Part shown: positions 19,371 to 29,081 of the stretch, one piece after another
How the letters are laid out: each line of letters opens with the position of its first letter
How positions within the stretch are numbered: the first letter of the stretch is position 1
NCBI GenBank assembly: GCA_045532865.1
Contig: JAZSGT010000045.1
Location: 1-54,138 of the forward strand
DNA from: Alphaproteobacteria bacterium
Lineage (GTDB): Bacteria; Pseudomonadota; Alphaproteobacteria; CAAHEQ01; UBA3637
Direction: 5' to 3'
DNA length: 54,138 bases
Position numbers and translations under genes: made by a program
Notes under the pieces: model-generated
Told to the model about the DNA's origin: nothing
What the model saw: the letters and a program-made list of their open reading frames with translations, nothing else
Databases searched by the model: none

Positions 19371-21431
19371 ATGAAAATATTTAAATTATTTAAAATAGCA
19401 ATTTTAATCTTCCTTACCCTTGGCATTTCAAAGCTTGAAGGGGGTGAAATTCCCAGCCTTAAATACGTACCATATATTCTTTATGCTCTTTCATTTTTAA
19501 TTGTCTGTGGTTTTGCCTTTTGGGCTATTAAAATCAAAAAAATCAAATTGTTTATGTTACCATTCATGGCGTTTTTAATGTTAACTGGTACTGCTTTTGC
19601 ACAGCAAACACCCGAGATTTATGAAGACAAAGTTTATTTCAATAACATTTCTGAGGCAACAGCTGCTGGTGCTGAGATTTGTAATGCCATTGAAGGCAAC
19701 CAAGAGTTTGATCTTAAAATTCTAAAAAAAGCAAGTGGCGTGCTTGACTTTTTCAATAGATATGGGGGTGGTTCTGAAGGCGGTCTTTTTGGAGGTGAAA
19801 GCTCAGCAACAAGATGTGCATCACAATATATTGAAGATGCCAATGCTATTTTAAAATCACAAAAAGCTACTTGCTCACCCACCTCAGCTATTTTAAAAAA
19901 TATTGCAACCAAAAACAAATGTTGGCCTTGTGACGTAACCAGCACAATCATTGCAGCCATTCAAAAAATATCCATTCGGTCATACAAAAAAATCAATGAT
20001 GGTGCCAAATTACTGTTAGCCTCTATTTATTTGATGTGGCTTGCCATTACAATTTTGGTTTCATTTGCCAAATTTGGGTTTGAAAAATTTGCTGAATTTT
20101 TCACAAAAGTGCTCAATCAAACAATCATGGTTATTATTATTGCTGTGATTTTGCACATGCCTTTGGTGCAGTTTTATAAAGCAACCATTTCACCGTTTAT
20201 TACCTATTCTGCCGCCTTAGGAATGCGTTTTTCTGAAATTGCTCAAGAAAATATGGGGGGCAGTAATAATTTGTATTATAAAATCATTAAAGCCATTGGG
20301 ATTTCTGCCTCAAGTAAGTGCCACTATTGTAATGACATGAAAAAAGCAGTGAACAAAGAAGTTTCAACCGGTCAATTTATTGATTCTGCTTCAATCAATG
20401 GTATCTTATGTGTTACATGCTCCACTTATCGCCAAGCAGCACCAATGATTTCTTTGGGACAAGTGATGATTTGTTTGGGTCGAAGCACGCCTCAATCTTT
20501 GGGACAACTTCCTATTCTGTCTAGAATCAGTCAATTTTCAGGTCCAAACATATCCCTTTCACTCACAGGATACACACTTGTGATTACCTTTAGTATCTTT
20601 ACCTTCTTGGTGGGGTACTTTATCATGACATCAGTCTTTAAGCTGGGGGTCGTCTTTGTGTTAATGCCACTATTCTTGGTTGCTTTTGCCTTCAAAGTGT
20701 CAAGAAGCTATGCCACAAAAGCCTGGCAGTTAATCGTTTTTGCAATGGGCACAATTTTGATTGTATCCATTTTATCAACCATGATGATTATTGGCTTTTC
20801 AATCTTAATGCCTGAAGCTTCTGTTGCCGGCTTCATACAACTGTTCTTTAGCAGTGATGCTAGCATGATGACAGATGTGATGGCAGGCTCTAACTTGGTT
20901 GAAAAATTGCAAAATGTCTCCGGAGCTGGCGATGTTGCTCAACAAGTACTTGGCAATGTTGTGGACGATTACACATTCTTACGTGTTTTGACAATGACAG
21001 CTTTCTCCTATATTTGTATTTCAGTCTTATGTGGCGCTTCAGAATTGGCTGAACAAATCACCAACAGCTGGTCACTTAATACAAATGATACACAAAACCT
21101 TTCACAAAGTTTGGTTTCTGCCACACAAAAATCATCCAAAGCTGCCAAGGCTGCTCTGGGTGGTGCAGGATTACTTGCTGGCAAAGCACTTAATGTGATG
21201 AAAAATGATGGCAGTGGTGGTACACAATACTCTGCTGATGAACTGATGAAAGAAGCTAATGCAAACCTTCAAAAATACAGACAAGGAGGCGATCCAGAAG
21301 CTCAAGCCAAAAACGCAAACAATCCAAACGGCAAGCTTCCTGGAGCCTTTGATAATGCCGGCAGAACCGATGAAACACAAGCTGAAAAAGATGCCCATAG
21401 AAAACGCTGGCATGACAATCTGGATGCTTAA
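19371..21431 (+). CDS. Polytopic membrane protein, VirB6/TrbL-like (paralogue 3)
   Basis: CWPC motif plus CHYC and CVTC; PLFLVAFAFKVSRSYATKAW motif; multiple TM helices. Confidence 0.6.
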   Translation: MKIFKLFKIAILIFLTLGISKLEGGEIPSLKYVPYILYALSFLIVCGFAFWAIKIKKIKLFMLPFMAFLMLTGTAFAQQTPEIYEDKVYFNNISEATAAGAEICNAIEGNQEFDLKILKKASGVLDFFNRYGGGSEGGLFGGESSATRCASQYIEDANAILKSQKATCSPTSAILKNIATKNKCWPCDVTSTIIAAIQKISIRSYKKINDGAKLLLASIYLMWLAITILVSFAKFGFEKFAEFFTKVLNQTIMVIIIAVILHMPLVQFYKATISPFITYSAALGMRFSEIAQENMGGSNNLYYKIIKAIGISASSKCHYCNDMKKAVNKEVSTGQFIDSASINGILCVTCSTYRQAAPMISLGQVMICLGRSTPQSLGQLPILSRISQFSGPNISLSLTGYTLVITFSIFTFLVGYFIMTSVFKLGVVFVLMPLFLVAFAFKVSRSYATKAWQLIVFAMGTILIVSILSTMMIIGFSILMPEASVAGFIQLFFSSDASMMTDVMAGSNLVEKLQNVSGAGDVAQQVLGNVVDDYTFLRVLTMTAFSYICISVLCGASELAEQITNSWSLNTNDTQNLSQSLVSATQKSSKAAKAALGGAGLLAGKALNVMKNDGSGGTQYSADELMKEANANLQKYRQGGDPEAQAKNANNPNGKLPGAFDNAGRTDETQAEKDAHRKRWHDNLDA

Positions 21432-21440
21432 AAAACCACA

Positions 21441-21474
21441 AAAAAACGCTTCTTTCTTCAAGGAGCGTTTTTTT
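21441..21474 (+). terminator. Intrinsic terminator of the membrane-protein operon
   Basis: aaaaaacgcttctt...aaggagcgttttttt. Confidence 0.75.
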
Positions 21475-21637
21475 ATTCCTCTTTTTTTTCAATCAATAAC
21501 TCACTTTCATTTTCTCTCATTAGGCATCACATAAAAAAAACAAAAAAAATTAAAAAAAATGCATTTTGTCTATTTTCATCTAGTTTTTTTTAGTGTATAG
21601 TGGAAAAAACAAAAATCAAAAACAAAAGGAGCCTATA

Positions 21638-22627
21638 ATGGAAGAGATTATTTTCCCAAACCAAATTAGAATGTTTCGCCGTGTTCGTGGAAAAACAATG
21701 AAAAGCTTAGCAGATGCTTTAAATTTAAGCCTTTCTGCTATTTCAAAAATTGAAAAAGGATATCGCAGAGTTGATGAAGTTCAACTTAAAAAGATCTCTC
21801 AATTTTTAAACTGTCCAAGCGAATCGCTTTTTGTAAGTGAAAGATCCTCTCAACCTGAGGTTATCAAGGCTTGGAAGCGTGAACAAGAACGCCGTCAAAA
21901 AATCAATTCAGGCTCCGGTCTTAAAACATTGGGCGCAGGGCTTCGTTATTTACGTGGGGAAAAAGGCTTAACATTGCATGATGTTGCAAAAGGCTCAAAA
22001 ATGACTCTTTCTGTTTACCATCGAATTGAAATGGGTCAACGCGAAGTGGATGAAAAAACATTCAAAGATATCGCACATGCCCTTGGTTTATCTGAAACAG
22101 ATTTACAACTTAAAATTTATGAATTGGATATGTCTGGAGCTTTAGACGAACTCAAGCAACATGAAGGAAAAACAGGCATTTACACCTCCAAAGGTGGATA
22201 CAATGACTTACCAGTTAGTCGCTTTATGATCAGAACAGCTGACTCACAAGAATTTTCTGTTCCAATTTATGGTTTTCCTGAAGAAGGTGGCATTATCTTG
22301 GTGAACAAAAACCAATCTGTTGGATCAGTCTTATGTCCATCAACACTTTCTTACGATAAAGACATGTATGCCATTCGTTTAAAAACTCAAATTTTGGGTC
22401 CAGCAGTTCCAAAAGATTCTGTTTTGGTTATTTCACCAAACAACAGACCAAACAAAGGAGATATCGCTGTTTTACCAATTAAAGAAGATCGTATTCGTAT
22501 TGGTATTTTACAATCAGTTTCAGGAGATCATCCTTGTTTGAACTTACCATTTAAAGGTGAAAACATTGATATTTCAACAACAGAACTTGAATCCATGCAC
22601 CGTGTTGTGATGATTATGATGGGTTAA
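21638..22627 (+). CDS. XRE-family regulator with two HTH domains and a C-terminal S24-like domain
   Basis: IRMFR..RGKT...LA......S.ISKIEKG and LRYLR..KGLTL..VA......S...RIE.G; AAGGAG RBS before the ATG at 21638. Confidence 0.85.
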   Translation: MEEIIFPNQIRMFRRVRGKTMKSLADALNLSLSAISKIEKGYRRVDEVQLKKISQFLNCPSESLFVSERSSQPEVIKAWKREQERRQKINSGSGLKTLGAGLRYLRGEKGLTLHDVAKGSKMTLSVYHRIEMGQREVDEKTFKDIAHALGLSETDLQLKIYELDMSGALDELKQHEGKTGIYTSKGGYNDLPVSRFMIRTADSQEFSVPIYGFPEEGGIILVNKNQSVGSVLCPSTLSYDKDMYAIRLKTQILGPAVPKDSVLVISPNNRPNKGDIAVLPIKEDRIRIGILQSVSGDHPCLNLPFKGENIDISTTELESMHRVVMIMMG

Positions 22628-22663
22628 TAAAAAAACACAACAAATCAAAAAGGAGCAAAAATA

Positions 22664-23887
22664 ATGGCAGAAACAGAACAAAAAAATCCATCCTATCAAG
22701 AAACCTTTGGTGGCGAACCTAAAAGTCATGACGAATTAGTCGCCCCTTTTGACGATATTAAGGAAGAAGATTTTTTCGAAAAAGACTTAGATGCCCCTGA
22801 AGATAAGGATTATAACGAGGAAGATGTTCCAGAACGAGAATATATTCCAATGCCTTCCATTTTTGAACCCATCCCAGAAGAAGCGCAAAAAGAAATCCTT
22901 TCTAAATTTGCTCTTAAAAAACGTGAAAAAGAAGAAGTTACAGCTCAAACAGCTCAACGTTTGGTCAATCAATTTCGTGCCTTATCAGCTTTTAGAGATG
23001 ATTATGTTGTTACTTATAATAAAGAACTGATGGCAGCATCTGATGAAATTATTAACTTTTTACCAACAATCATCGGTGGTCCTGCTGTGCGTGAATATTT
23101 GGATTATCTCTTAGCACAAAAGAAACAAGGTAAAGAATTTGATAATGAAAATATTGATTTTTCCATCACAGCAAATGAAGGATATCTCCCCTCACCTGAT
23201 GAAGATTTTGAATTTTCAACCATACAAAGTGGTACCTCTTCACCAGCCGACCCAAGTGTAATTAAAAATCAAACAACAGCTCTTGTCAGTGCCATTCAAC
23301 AAATGCAAAAGGCAAATGAAGATCAAGCCAAAACACTCAACGAAACTATTTTACTTTTAAAAGAAACGCTTGAAAAAACGCCTGCACCCGTTGTACTTGA
23401 AGGTGGCGCAAGCGTACCTATGAACACAGCTGACACCACCGTTTTACTGGACAATCAACGTAAAATGATGGAAGCTGCTCTTGAAAAAATGATTCAAATG
23501 CAATCCAATTTATTTTCAAAAACGGTTGAAGAGCTTTCAAAAACGGTGCAAGAAGTTCAATCACAACTCAAACCTGTTGGCGTTGTACGTCAAGCGATGA
23601 GCTCATTAAAAGCTTCCACGCAAAAAAAGGGAGAAAAGACTGAAAAACAAGAAAAAATTGAAAAGCAAGAGAAAGAACCAGTTATTGAAAAAGACAGTCT
23701 CCCTCTTTTAAAAGAAGTTGTAAAAGAACCTCAAAAAGAAGAATTAGATTTATTAAATCCTTCTTTTGAAAACCAACAAAGCGAAACAAAACAAGCAAAA
23801 CCTCGCAAGAAAAAAACATATGAATCTGAGCCTATCAATGAAGATGAGTATGAAATTTTATCAGAATTTGACATTCAAGAAGATTAA
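22664..23887 (+). CDS. Hypothetical acidic/coiled-coil protein
   Basis: 407 aa ORF with AAGGAG RBS, co-oriented with its neighbours. Confidence 0.85.
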   Translation: MAETEQKNPSYQETFGGEPKSHDELVAPFDDIKEEDFFEKDLDAPEDKDYNEEDVPEREYIPMPSIFEPIPEEAQKEILSKFALKKREKEEVTAQTAQRLVNQFRALSAFRDDYVVTYNKELMAASDEIINFLPTIIGGPAVREYLDYLLAQKKQGKEFDNENIDFSITANEGYLPSPDEDFEFSTIQSGTSSPADPSVIKNQTTALVSAIQQMQKANEDQAKTLNETILLLKETLEKTPAPVVLEGGASVPMNTADTTVLLDNQRKMMEAALEKMIQMQSNLFSKTVEELSKTVQEVQSQLKPVGVVRQAMSSLKASTQKKGEKTEKQEKIEKQEKEPVIEKDSLPLLKEVVKEPQKEELDLLNPSFENQQSETKQAKPRKKKTYESEPINEDEYEILSEFDIQED

Positions 23888-23905
23888 TCGTATGGTAGGG
23901 AACAA

Positions 23906-25513
23906 ATGGCCGATACATCAAAATTATTAGAAGCACTTTCTGCATACACGGGAGACCAAACAACATTGGAATCCTTTGTTCAGGTTGCCAAACAAGAACT
24001 TGGTGAAGATTGGTCAAATCAAATTCATGCCACATTACCTAATCTTCCAGCACATTTAAAAGAAAAATTAGATCACGCTTATAATTACTATGGTGCTAGT
24101 CTTTCTTGGACGGAAATTCAATCCTATCTACAAAGTCAAGACCCCTTAAATGTGCCAGAAATATCAGCAAGAGTTGAAACACTTTCTTATTGGTTGAACT
24201 TTTTTGGCGAAGCTGGAACAAATGCCGTTGAGCAATTAAAACAAAAATTAGAAGATGAAGCCAAACGTCAAGAACAATCCTTACAAACGCAAGACCCATT
24301 GCAAGACAAAATAGCACAAGAGCAAACAAATCTTCCTCTTGAAGAAGATGCTTTTGTTGAAGAAACTGCTCCTAAAAATGCAGCTATGGAGGATGACATC
24401 CCCTATGAAGCTCCCTTTGCTGACATACCAGCTGAGGAACAAATCGATGAAGAACCTTCTTCTTATGAGGAAACAGCTCCTTATCCAGAAGAGTATCAAC
24501 CCTCCTTTGATGAGTCAACTCAAGAAGGAGAATATTCCACATCTTATGATCAAACATATCAAGATGATGGACTGCCATATCAAGAAGAATATCCATCTTC
24601 TTATGATGAGACAACCCCATATCAAGAGGAGACATATCAATCAGATGAACAAAATCTTTACATGGATAATGAATCTTATGAAAATACTGGTTATGAAGAC
24701 AGCTACATCAATGGGAACTCTTATGAAGTGGCTGGTTACCAAGATAGCTACGACAACAATGGAAACTATGAGACAGATAGTTTCTACGACAGCGAAGGAA
24801 ACCAAGGAAACTATGGATCAGATAGTTTCTACAACGGCGAAGGAAACCAAGACTACTATGAAGGAGATAGTTACCAAGACAGCTACGGCAACCAAGAATA
24901 CTTTGACGAAGATGGTTCATTCTGGCAAGAACCTGTTTACACAAAACAAGAATCAGAAACAATAGAAGAATTTATGGCAAAAAAAGCCTTCCATCAGGTT
25001 GACTTTTTAAATGCTGTTCAATGTTGGATTAATGCCCGTTGTATTGCACTTGGGAAAAAAGAAATTTATACCTATCGACACTATGGTTTCTTGGTCGATT
25101 TAATGGAAGAAACCAAAAAAGATGTGCAAGAGGTACTTTCAGCACCAAAATATTATCCAGCTATTGAAACTGTTCGAGCTGATGGGCTAAAAAAATTGCA
25201 ACGTTTTATTACCTCTCTTGAAAATGATTTAAAAACAGCATATGACAACTTACCAAGCGAATTAACTGATTTAATCAGTGATTCAACAAATGCTGATGAC
25301 TTGCGAAAAATGTTGGGTGCTGTTGACACATCAAACAAACCAGAATTATTAGGGGCTGCACCGGATGGATTTGAAATGTTGGAAGATCCTTTCGAAGGTA
25401 CATCTATTGCCAAAGAAATGAAGAAAAAAACAACGCCTCAAACACCTGCCGGAACAACCTCACAACCCTCTAAAAAATCAGGATTATCATTCACTAAAAA
25501 AACAGCATTATAA
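23906..25513 (+). CDS. Hypothetical protein with a central Tyr/Asp/Glu-rich repetitive region
   Basis: 535 aa ORF; helical N- and C-terminal parts flank an acidic repeat region. Confidence 0.85.
   Translation: MADTSKLLEALSAYTGDQTTLESFVQVAKQELGEDWSNQIHATLPNLPAHLKEKLDHAYNYYGASLSWTEIQSYLQSQDPLNVPEISARVETLSYWLNFFGEAGTNAVEQLKQKLEDEAKRQEQSLQTQDPLQDKIAQEQTNLPLEEDAFVEETAPKNAAMEDDIPYEAPFADIPAEEQIDEEPSSYEETAPYPEEYQPSFDESTQEGEYSTSYDQTYQDDGLPYQEEYPSSYDETTPYQEETYQSDEQNLYMDNESYENTGYEDSYINGNSYEVAGYQDSYDNNGNYETDSFYDSEGNQGNYGSDSFYNGEGNQDYYEGDSYQDSYGNQEYFDEDGSFWQEPVYTKQESETIEEFMAKKAFHQVDFLNAVQCWINARCIALGKKEIYTYRHYGFLVDLMEETKKDVQEVLSAPKYYPAIETVRADGLKKLQRFITSLENDLKTAYDNLPSELTDLISDSTNADDLRKMLGAVDTSNKPELLGAAPDGFEMLEDPFEGTSIAKEMKKKTTPQTPAGTTSQPSKKSGLSFTKKTAL
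24761..24872 (+). repeat. Intragenic 45-bp (15 aa) tandem repeat, ~2.5 copies
   Basis: ggaaactatg....cagatagtttctac.ac.gcgaaggaaaccaa at 24761 and 24806; partial copy at 24851. Confidence 0.85.
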
Positions 25514-25526
25514 AAAGGACACGAAC

Positions 25527-26714
25527 ATGAAAAAAATTTCTTTTGCTTTTTTGATTGCCCAACTTTTTTCATCAACAGCTGCTTTGGCGACAATGAGCAA
25601 TATTTATAATGTGATTCAAACTCAAATACCAAATTCTTTTGAAATAAATCAAATGGCACCACAGACACCGGAACTCAACATTGAAACGCCTTATCGCTGT
25701 CAAACAAATGGGTTTCATGCGCAACAAATTTCAACAACATTGCCTGTGAACTTAAATGATTTTAAACTCATCAAAACAACAAAAACTGAACCATTACCTC
25801 GCTATGAAGTTAACGGATACAGCTTTGAAGACAAACCCATTGATGAAGCCATTCAAACTTTGGTTGATGAAGCAGGCATCTTGGTTTATACAGAAGACAA
25901 CACTTACCCTGACCTTTCAGCAAAAGACTTATACGGTGACTTAGAAAGTGTGGTCAGAGCCTTGCTTGAAAATGTGGATATGTATTTTTCATACAATGAA
26001 ACAACTCAAAAATTACACATTTCAAAACGAGCTGATTTTACCATTTCTCTCCCCAATAACCGACTTGTAATATTGGGTGTTTTAGATGCACTTCGTGGTG
26101 CTGGGATTGAAAATATTGTACCAGATTGGAATGCTGGGATTTTGCGTTTAACATTAACCCGTCAAGAAGAAAAAACCGTTCAAAAACTCATTGAAAGTAT
26201 TCATTCAAATGGTGAAATGCTTATTGCAGATACCAGTGTTTATCGTTTAAATGGTTTTCAAAATTGGAACTATATCATGTCTCGTTATGGATTAGATAAA
26301 GTTCATTCAGCCAACAATGGATTGCAAGGTAAACTTCTTGTTCTTGGACATCAAAAAACATATAATTCTTTATTAAACACCCTCAATCAAACAGGCGGAA
26401 CAACTTTGCTCAGCGACGGGTTAGCCGTTGTTCCAAATGGGTGGCGCATGTTCTTTGACGTTGCTAAATGCAACATTGATAACGCCTATATGGCACCTCA
26501 ATTGATGCTTTCATTGAACCCAACAATGGGCAAAAACGCAAGCATCAACACAACACTTTCAGTGAATAACAAAGCAGGTGAAATTTCCTCTTTCAACGTG
26601 AGTGCCTCATTAGATGATGAATTAGCTGTTATTGGCATTCCTGATACACAAATGGGAGGGGAACTGCTTATTTTAATTAAATTAAAACTTATTCGTTTGG
26701 TAGGAGAACAATAA
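25527..26714 (+). CDS. Exported protein with a secretin-N/STN-like region
   Basis: Signal peptide; F.DKPI.EAIQ.L...AGI.V ... G.LE.V...L....DMYF.Y pattern resembles secretin N0 domains. Confidence 0.5.
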   Translation: MKKISFAFLIAQLFSSTAALATMSNIYNVIQTQIPNSFEINQMAPQTPELNIETPYRCQTNGFHAQQISTTLPVNLNDFKLIKTTKTEPLPRYEVNGYSFEDKPIDEAIQTLVDEAGILVYTEDNTYPDLSAKDLYGDLESVVRALLENVDMYFSYNETTQKLHISKRADFTISLPNNRLVILGVLDALRGAGIENIVPDWNAGILRLTLTRQEEKTVQKLIESIHSNGEMLIADTSVYRLNGFQNWNYIMSRYGLDKVHSANNGLQGKLLVLGHQKTYNSLLNTLNQTGGTTLLSDGLAVVPNGWRMFFDVAKCNIDNAYMAPQLMLSLNPTMGKNASINTTLSVNNKAGEISSFNVSASLDDELAVIGIPDTQMGGELLILIKLKLIRLVGEQ

Positions 26715-27451
26715 TGACAGACCAAAACAAACCAAGGCCAACTTCAATGCAACAAAACCCTCCTGCTCAAGGAGTGAGACGACCTGTTCAACGTCCCATA
26801 CAAACACAAGGACAGGCAGCACCTCAAGGCGCAAGACGCCCCATGAATCCTGCAGGAATGCCTCCTCAAACAGGACAACGCCCTATGAATAGGCCCATAA
26901 ACAGACCGGCTCAAACTGGTCCAATGAATAGACCTGTTGGAACACCTCAACAAATGGCACCAGCACAACGCATGGTACAACGTACACCTATTCAAAATCA
27001 ACAAGCTTATAATTATCAACAAACACAAGGGGTTAATCAACCTCAAAGGAACACACCACCTCAACAAACACAATCCATCCAAAATCAAATATCAAACCCT
27101 AAAACAATGGGAATTTTGGCTGTTTGCACGCTTTTGTTTGGTGTTTTGTTGGGGGCCATGATGTTCTCCGGCTCATCAAAACCAGCACCCCAAGGGTTGC
27201 TTGGCGTTGTTAAAAATGATGACATTCGCTCTAAATTACCACGTTGTGGACGCATTGATAGAGGGCAAGCTTGTATTTTGTACATTATGAACAGCACACG
27301 CTACGATCAAATTGCCGAAAGCTTTTTTGAAGAAGCTTTGCGTTTAACCGAAGTGCCAATTTACTCTATTTCAATGGCAAATCCAAAATATGCAAAAAGA
27401 CGTATTCCACCTGGACATTTTGCCGAAATCCACATTCCAAAAGTCAGATAA
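26714..27451 (+). CDS. Bitopic membrane protein with a Pro/Gln-rich N-terminus
   Basis: TAATG overlap with the upstream gene; single TM segment MGILAVCTLLFGVLLGAMMF. Confidence 0.85.
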   Translation: MTDQNKPRPTSMQQNPPAQGVRRPVQRPIQTQGQAAPQGARRPMNPAGMPPQTGQRPMNRPINRPAQTGPMNRPVGTPQQMAPAQRMVQRTPIQNQQAYNYQQTQGVNQPQRNTPPQQTQSIQNQISNPKTMGILAVCTLLFGVLLGAMMFSGSSKPAPQGLLGVVKNDDIRSKLPRCGRIDRGQACILYIMNSTRYDQIAESFFEEALRLTEVPIYSISMANPKYAKRRIPPGHFAEIHIPKVR

Positions 27452-27458
27452 GCAAAAC

Positions 27459-27490
27459 AAAAAACCACCGGCGAACCCAGTGGTTTTTTT
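27459..27490. terminator. Intrinsic terminator
   Basis: aaaaaccaccgg-cgaac-ccagtggttttttt. Confidence 0.65.
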
Positions 27491-27614
27491 GTACCCTAAA
27501 AAGAATTAAAAAAAATTTGTTAGCAATTTTTTTATTCGTATATCACCACAATAAAACCCACACAGATATTCTTTGTGGGCTTTATTTTAAACAAATTATA
27601 AAACAAGATAACTT

Positions 27615-29018
27615 CTACTCAAAAATATTGGAGATAATATCTTTTTTCTTTTCTTGCTCTTGTGCTTTTTTATTAAATTCAGCATACAACTGATGACCTT
27701 GTTCAAGTTCATTATCATCAATTTCAGCTTCGATAGCATTAATTGCATTTTGAATAGTCAAATTCAATGTGTCTTTTGAATTATCCAAAGCAACCTTTAA
27801 CCAAGCATAACATTGACTTGGACGAGGCGCATCAACCCCCTTACCTTCACAATAACATTTTGCCAATTGATATTGAGCATATGGATCACCATCTTCAGCA
27901 CCTTTTCGATACCAATCAACAGCAGCTGGCGTATTTTGGAAACGCGAACGCAACAAGTCACCATAATAAGCATAAGCTTCCACTTCACCTTTTTTGACAG
28001 CATTATTAATTTGTTTTTCAATTTTTGAAAAATCCTTTGTAATTGAAGCATCAACAATCATTTCTTGTGAAACAGAATATTTGCGTCCATCTGTTAACAA
28101 AACTTCCCCTTGTGCCAACATATTTTGAATGGATTCTGGGTCATTAAACCCTTTAATCACAGGGGTTGGGATAATAAGCAAATCATTTTTAGGTACCGAG
28201 CGTTCTGGTGGAATTGGACGCCATTCTCTTGCATTACGTTGCATTTGCATGAGAACTTCTTTCTTTTTAATTTTTTTGAGCAACTCATCTCGCTTAACCA
28301 TAGCCTCCTTACCCACTTCATCCTCAGCATTGTATGCCGCAATAATACTATACCAAGCATAAGCATCTGGAATGTTTAAAACAGCTGGGTGTGTTGATCT
28401 AAGTTCAGCCAACTTTTGTTGTGCCCACACATAGCCTTGTCGAGCAGAACGACTCAACCATTTAACTGAGTTTTCAAAGTCTTGAGGCGTTCCCCAACCA
28501 AGCAAATAATGAAGCCCTAATTTAAATTGAGCTGCTGCATTTCCTCTTAACGCACTCATCAAATAATAACCAAATGAATTTTGATAGTTCTGCTCCACAT
28601 TCTTACCTTGAGCAAACATTTCACCTAATTCATAAAGAGCATCAGCCTGCCCTGCATAGGCAGCTCGCTTTAAATATCTTAAACCTGTTTCAAACTCAGG
28701 CGTATCTGATGTTTTTGCACTTGCAAGCAAAATTTGAGCCAACTCATAAGCTGCATCAATGTTATATGCACTTTCAGCTTTTTTATAATATTCAACAGCC
28801 ATTGTGTCATCTTTTGGCACACCAAGACCTTGAGCATACATCTTACCCAAATAATAATAAGCCGTTGCATCACCCTCATCAGCCAAATATGAAAACTCAG
28901 CAAAAGCTTGCTCATATCTGCTGATTTTAAACGCTGTGAGCGCATCTGACAAATCAGCCAAAGCAGTTGTTGACAACAAACAAAGACCAAAAAAAGCTGC
29001 AAGTGAAGCGTGTTTCAT
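27615..29018 (-). CDS. Sel1-like repeat protein, secreted
   Basis: Signal peptide; A.Y.LG.MY..G.GV.KD...A..YY.KA repeats; GGAGG RBS before the ATG at 29018. Confidence 0.95.
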   Translation of the reverse strand: MKHASLAAFFGLCLLSTTALADLSDALTAFKISRYEQAFAEFSYLADEGDATAYYYLGKMYAQGLGVPKDDTMAVEYYKKAESAYNIDAAYELAQILLASAKTSDTPEFETGLRYLKRAAYAGQADALYELGEMFAQGKNVEQNYQNSFGYYLMSALRGNAAAQFKLGLHYLLGWGTPQDFENSVKWLSRSARQGYVWAQQKLAELRSTHPAVLNIPDAYAWYSIIAAYNAEDEVGKEAMVKRDELLKKIKKKEVLMQMQRNAREWRPIPPERSVPKNDLLIIPTPVIKGFNDPESIQNMLAQGEVLLTDGRKYSVSQEMIVDASITKDFSKIEKQINNAVKKGEVEAYAYYGDLLRSRFQNTPAAVDWYRKGAEDGDPYAQYQLAKCYCEGKGVDAPRPSQCYAWLKVALDNSKDTLNLTIQNAINAIEAEIDDNELEQGHQLYAEFNKKAQEQEKKKDIISNIFE

Positions 29019-29081
29019 TTTTTCCTCCAAAAAAACATATCTAAATTCACTCTAACACATTATTTTTGTCTTGTAAACGGT

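Noticed and set aside
12122..22627. Prophage remnant (phage-like lysozyme domain plus CI-like repressor)
   Set aside because: No integrase, terminase, capsid or tail genes, and the genes are intact with host-like signals.
24339..24965. 208 aa alternative-frame ORF inside the 535 aa gene
   Set aside because: A by-product of the repetitive acidic coding sequence; no RBS or recognisable protein features.
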